NCBI GenBank assembly: GCA_036172245.1
Contig: JAYWIR010000020.1
Location: 2,108,001 to 2,172,000, forward strand
Direction: 5' to 3'
Source of the DNA: Raillietiella orientalis
Lineage: Eukaryota
Length of the DNA stretch: 64,000 nucleotides
In this document: piece by piece, positions 59,401-64,000 of the stretch
Position numbering within the stretch: position 1 is the stretch's first letter
Layout of the letters: the number at the start of each line of letters is the position of its first letter
Notes under the pieces: model-generated
The model's input: only the letters and a program-made list of their open reading frames with translations
Databases searched by the model: none
What the model was told of the DNA's origin: nothing
Made by a program: the position numbers and the translations under genes

Positions 59401-60799
59401 AGAAAGAAGGGAGCAGGAGGTGGAAAGGAGGGGAAAAGGACGAGAACGATGCGCGTGCATCCTCCTCGTCCTTTTCCCCTCCTCCCGGTGACCGTCCGCC
59501 CGTGGACTCGCCGATCCCTTCGCGTCCTGCAGGCGCGCCTTCGCCCGCGACGAGAACCCGTTCGAGGCACCTCGCCGCTTCCTCAGAGGAGATCGGCGGG
59601 AGCGACGGTTGTCTGGAAACTCCTCCTACGGTCTCACATTCCCTCCTGGAGGAGTATCCCCGCGGAAGCCGCCAGCCAGCAGCAGCCCCCGCTCTAAATA
59701 AGCAGTCCAAATCACCCATAACAAATCGCAGGATAAACATTTGGTTTGGGCATCCCTGAACATCCGGTCCTTAATACGATCTTGTCCTCCTACTAATGAG
59801 CTATTCGAAGGAGTAATACGGGGGTGATTTACTCGGAGTTCGCGCCGACGCGGAGTGGCGTTTCTTTTTCCGCCAGTTCCCGTTGCCAGGTGCGCCTCAT
59901 GTGTTTGTCTTTCAGAGATACTAATGAGCAATCAAGGAAGGGGCGGGAATGTTCCCGCTGGAGCGTTTCATCTTCCAGCGCGATCTGACAAACACGATCC
60001 TCCCCGTGCAAGTGTTCCCTCGGAGAGCGCGCAATCGGGAGCCGGGGAGCTCGCTGGAAGCTGTGGAGCTCGAAGCCGGCTGGAGGAGCGCGCGCGGCGG
60101 CGGATCGGGGCGCCTCCCCCTCCTCATCCTCCCCTCTTCCTCCTCCCGCCGCCCGGTGCGTATCAGAGAGGAACCTCCATCCGACAGACCCGCTCCGCCT
60201 CCCGTTCCTCCCTCCCCTTCTTTTCTCCCTCCCTCCCCACCCCCCCATCCTGGAAAGGGAGAAGAGGAGACAGGAACGACCAAGCCGCGGAGGGAACAGC
60301 GTCCCTCGGCGAGGTCTGGCCGTTCCAGATGCCCTAGGAGTGGAAGGGGGAGGAGGAAGGGGAAGGAGGGGGGAAGAGAATTCGGGATGTGGGGCCCGGG
60401 ATCGGGAAAAGGAGGCTTTTCGGCAAGAAGAAGAAGAAAGCGTTTCGGGAAGATGAAGAGCGGGAGGAACCAGGACTTTTCGACTTTTCCGCGACTCGGA
60501 ATGCACGCATCTCCCGTTTCCGCTCGTCTCCCTTCGCGGTGCCCGACTCGCGGAAGGGTGAGCGGGCGCGTTCCCCGCGCAGGATCTCCTCGTCCCTCAG
60601 GTTCGGCAGCGGCGGAGACCACGGTCCAGGGACGAGGGGACCGAGTGGGGCTTTCTGCTTGGAGTTCCCGATGAGCACTCTCTGCCGTTCCTGTCCTCCC
60701 CCTCCTCTTTCCCCCTCTGCCTCTCCAAGAGGAAGAGAGAGGGAAGAAAAGGAGGGGGAGGCAAAGAGGAAGGTGAAGTGCTGCTGAGTTCTTCTCCAG

Positions 60800-61500
60800 C
60801 TGCTCCCCCGCGCTCTTCCCGAAAACCAAAGCGCAAGAGGACTGAAGTCGCTCTTCAAATGATTCCTCGATGCTGCTACAGAGAAGATCTCAGCCGGGAA
60901 GGATCCGGGAAGTCCACTTCGCTCTTTGAGGGACCACACGCGGGATCCGGGGCTAGTTCCGCAAACCACTGGCTCTTTTGCCTTGCGACAATCGGCGTCG
61001 TCAGGGGAACGGAGGCGGCGACCTGCGGAGGAATCGACGCTGCCGAGGAACTCGCCTCGGGCGGCAGCGCACGGCGATGGCTGACCCCGCGCTCCTCCCG
61101 CCTGCGCCGGGCGGGATGCGGGAAGGGGCGCAGCAGCTCCCACGTGTCCCACGTGCAGCGGCGGTGGAAAGGGTGGCGGGACTCCGGAGAAAGCGAACTC
61201 AACATGGCAGGAGCACCGTCCTTTGAGGATCTTCTCGGAGGCTGCGCCCTGACTCTGCTCCACGTTCGCGGGGATCCCCAACCCCCTTTCTGTCTCCCGC
61301 CTCATATGCTCCCGGTTCCATGCGCCTTTCGCAGCACGCGTTCTCGAGGGGTGGAAGTGGCTTCCGCTGCCTCCCGTGAATGGAACCTGATCCCGCCTCA
61401 CTCCCCTCCTTTTCAGCCGCCGCATTGTCCTCATGGTTCTCCAGGGGGAAGCGGCCGTCCTTCAGATTGGTCAGGCGCTCCTTCAGCTCGTCTGGGTCTT
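60800..61500 (+). mobile_element. Decayed Ty3/Gypsy integrase core relic
   Basis: FEGPH..SSANHWLFCLATIGVVRGTEAA..GIDA resembles VGPL..SGN.YIL.VDY.TR.PEA.PL..I.A, and LPVPCAFRST resembles LP.LFAYRST. Confidence 0.45.
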
Positions 61501-61544
61501 TCGCTGCGGCTCATTCAGCGCCTCTTTCGTCGCCTCAGAGGGCT

Positions 61545-61670
61545 GCTTGGCTGAGGTCTCTCCCACGTGGTGGCACCGAACGTTGTGGGTTCGAATCCCC
61601 CTACGTGGAGGAGGATCGACGCGTCAGAGAAATGGGTGCGTCGTGGGTTCAAGCTCGACACCCCACGCTT
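61545..61670 (+). mobile_element. tRNA-derived SINE family, copy G (head)
   Basis: TGGCTGAGGTCTCTCCCACGTGG..GGTTCGAATCC (61588-61598)..GGATCGACGCGTCAGAGAAATGGGTGCGTC. Confidence 0.65.
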
Positions 61671-64000
61671 AGCTCGCTGAGTTAGCGGCGGCACGGAAAG
61701 ACCAAACAAGAGGAGGGGGGGAAGGGGGGAGGCTCCTGATCATCAGCGCCCGGTGGCAGGAAGACGCTCGCATGTGGTTCGACCTGCTGCTTCTGTTGCT
61801 GACCTCCTGCATCGCGCAAGCCGGGGCGACCTCTGGCCATGCTCTCCGGAGCAGCTGCGAGCGCGCCGTCCCACTTGCTGTGGTCCCATCGCGAGGGAGT
61901 TTCCCGCTCCTCCGCCGCGGGCACGGAGCCGGCCCCGCTGTCGCCTGGTGAAAGATGACGCTCCACGGCACGTGGAAGAGGAGAGAGCGGACGAGACGGA
62001 TCGTGGGATCCGGGAGCGGTAACCAAAGGGATGTCTGCCCATCTCCGATCCGATCCTTCTCCGATGTTGGCCGCTCCCGGTCCGAGTCGACGATCTCACT
62101 CCCACTCAGAGAAAGTTCCTCCCCTACCTGCCAACCCACTTGGAGAGGACGGCAAGCTGGACCAGTGGACCTCCCACCAGTGGACTCGCAAAGGAGGGCG
62201 CGCTTGTTAGTATCCTGCATAGGATGCAGAGCAGCCCAGTGATCTCTTTCCCTTTGTCCCTCTTCAAACCCAGGTGGTTTCATTCCCCCTGCCCTACTCG
62301 TTTTTATCCTTCACCGCGAGGCGAGGGCTCGCTGGTTCAGGTCAACCGGCTTCTGTTCAGCGCTCCCGGAATCCTTCGGACCTGACATAGGGATCGCCTC
62401 CCGATCTTGACCTCCCGATTGGGCACTGTTTTTTTCCCTTTCCCTTCCTGGTAGGTCCGTTGTCAAGCGCCGTCGCCAAAGTCTGCCTTGTCAAGGGTCG
62501 AGAGAAGCGCTCCCGGTGTGTGACCTTGTGTCGCGGGACCTGCTCTCCTGCCAGGGCGACCTCGTTCTCGCGTTCCCCCTGGGTAGAGTCCCGGATCGTT
62601 ACCGATCGTTCGATCCTTCCTCCTCGCGGATCGGAGAACCGGGAGGATGGCCTGCCTCCCCAGGCCGTCCTTCCAGCTCGCCGCAGACCTCTTGGCGGGG
62701 GCTCGCTCCTGGTTCACTGCTCCTTCTCGTGGCACGACGATGTCCCGGGGCCGGATGATCTGCTCTCTCTGCGACGCACTTCACGACGAGGAGGGTTCCC
62801 TCGCGTCATCGGATGCCCGCAGGAGCCACTTCCCGTGCGAAAGGGAAACCGTCTGGTGTGAAGAGGCGAGGAAGAAAAGCTCCCCTCCCTCTCCACCCTT
62901 TCCCGGGACCGATTCGACCCCCTGCTGACAACTCCTAGCTGTATGTCCCGGGAACCTCCCGTTCCCTGAGAGGACGGGGAACAGGATCGTCTGGCGGCGC
63001 TACTCTTCCACGCCTTGTAGTCCCCGCCGCCTCGAAAAGGGCTACCGAGAGGAATCCCGGGAAGGGAGATGTGCCTTACTAGGCTTCCTGGAGGGCTCCT
63101 CCGCGCGCTTCCGTGCGGGGGCAGGGCAGCGTGAGTCCTGGAGGTGAGGAACGGGTTACTGCTATCTCGCCGTCACCTCCGTCGCCCAAGCTAGAGGACT
63201 CGTCCCTTCCCATCGCTAGGCGATGTGGGGACAGCCGGCTGGCAGCCGGGTGCGTTCCCGAGCAGCCGCTTGTTGGCGCTCTGGAGTTACCGCGGCCCCA
63301 GGAAGAAGTGGGAGTGCGCCTGCCCACGGGGGCACGATAGAAGGCGTCCCCCTCCCCTGGTGGGGTGGCCACACCGCCCACGACTGACTCGACTCCACCC
63401 TTCCCCGGCATCAGGTTTATTCGAGCTCTCGGACGAGCGAGCGACAAGGGGGGACGACCAAGAGTAGCAGTTCCGAGCCTTCGGGTCTCCTCGGGGCCTG
63501 GGACCGACGTCCTACCGCGGCTTCCGCTGCTTTAGGTCTTCCGCCCCTTCCGCGGTCTCCTCGTCTTCCAGACTACTCGCCTCCGAGCGAAGGGCCTCCG
63601 CCGCCGTGCGGCGGCTCCCCCCGCGCCACTGAGCGGAGGCTCCTCGAGGGAGCTCCGCCTACCCGCAGGGTGCCTCCGTCCGGCCTCCTTCGTTCCGCAA
63701 GGGCAGTCGTCCCTCTCCTGCGGAGCGCGCGCAGGGACGCAGGAGCCGGCTGCCCCCAGGGGCGAGGGAGCTGCCCCGCTTTGCGGTCCTCTCGTGGCCC
63801 CCGTGAGGGGGGGGGACCGAGAATTTATCGCCTCCCGTGGTTCCGTTATTTCCGAGACCGTGAATGCGCCGGAGGAGAGGAGCGGACCGCCCCTCTCGCT
63901 TAGGGAGCGCTCAGGGGGTGTGACGCATTCGGGGCGAAGGGGCGCTCGGGAGGTTTCGGGGGGAGAGGGAGGGAGGGAACGAGGGCGAGGCGTCGCCGAT

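Overview
Eukaryotic genomic DNA from an invertebrate, most likely an arthropod judging by the Msx/Drop-type homeodomain context. No prokaryotic features. The one clearly functional known gene is a two-exon Msx (msh/Drop) homeobox gene on the minus strand (41967-41424 and 40683-40211, about 338 aa). It has an eh1 motif, a PWM hexapeptide and a slightly divergent homeodomain, followed upstream by about 15 kb of mostly non-coding, motif-rich DNA. A second, unrecognised, apparently single-exon 390-aa ORF (19634-20806, +) is bracketed by a double TATA/CCAAT promoter and an AATAAA and has codon-preserving internal repeats; it is the best candidate for a novel gene. The left end holds a decayed, apparently intronless BUB1/BubR1 (MadBub-type) copy on the minus strand, with KEN-like, TPR, GLEBS-like and kinase remnants, split by a Tx1/L1-clade LINE and a tRNA-derived SINE. 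The rest is mostly decayed retroelements: six Tx1/L1-clade pieces (several with a structured 3' end and internal deletions), about seven copies of a long tRNA-headed SINE, and many GC-rich Ty3/Gypsy pol relics recognisable only as frameshifted motif remnants. Most ORFs in the supplied track are GC-driven spurious frames. All family assignments come from reading motifs by eye; no database search was run.
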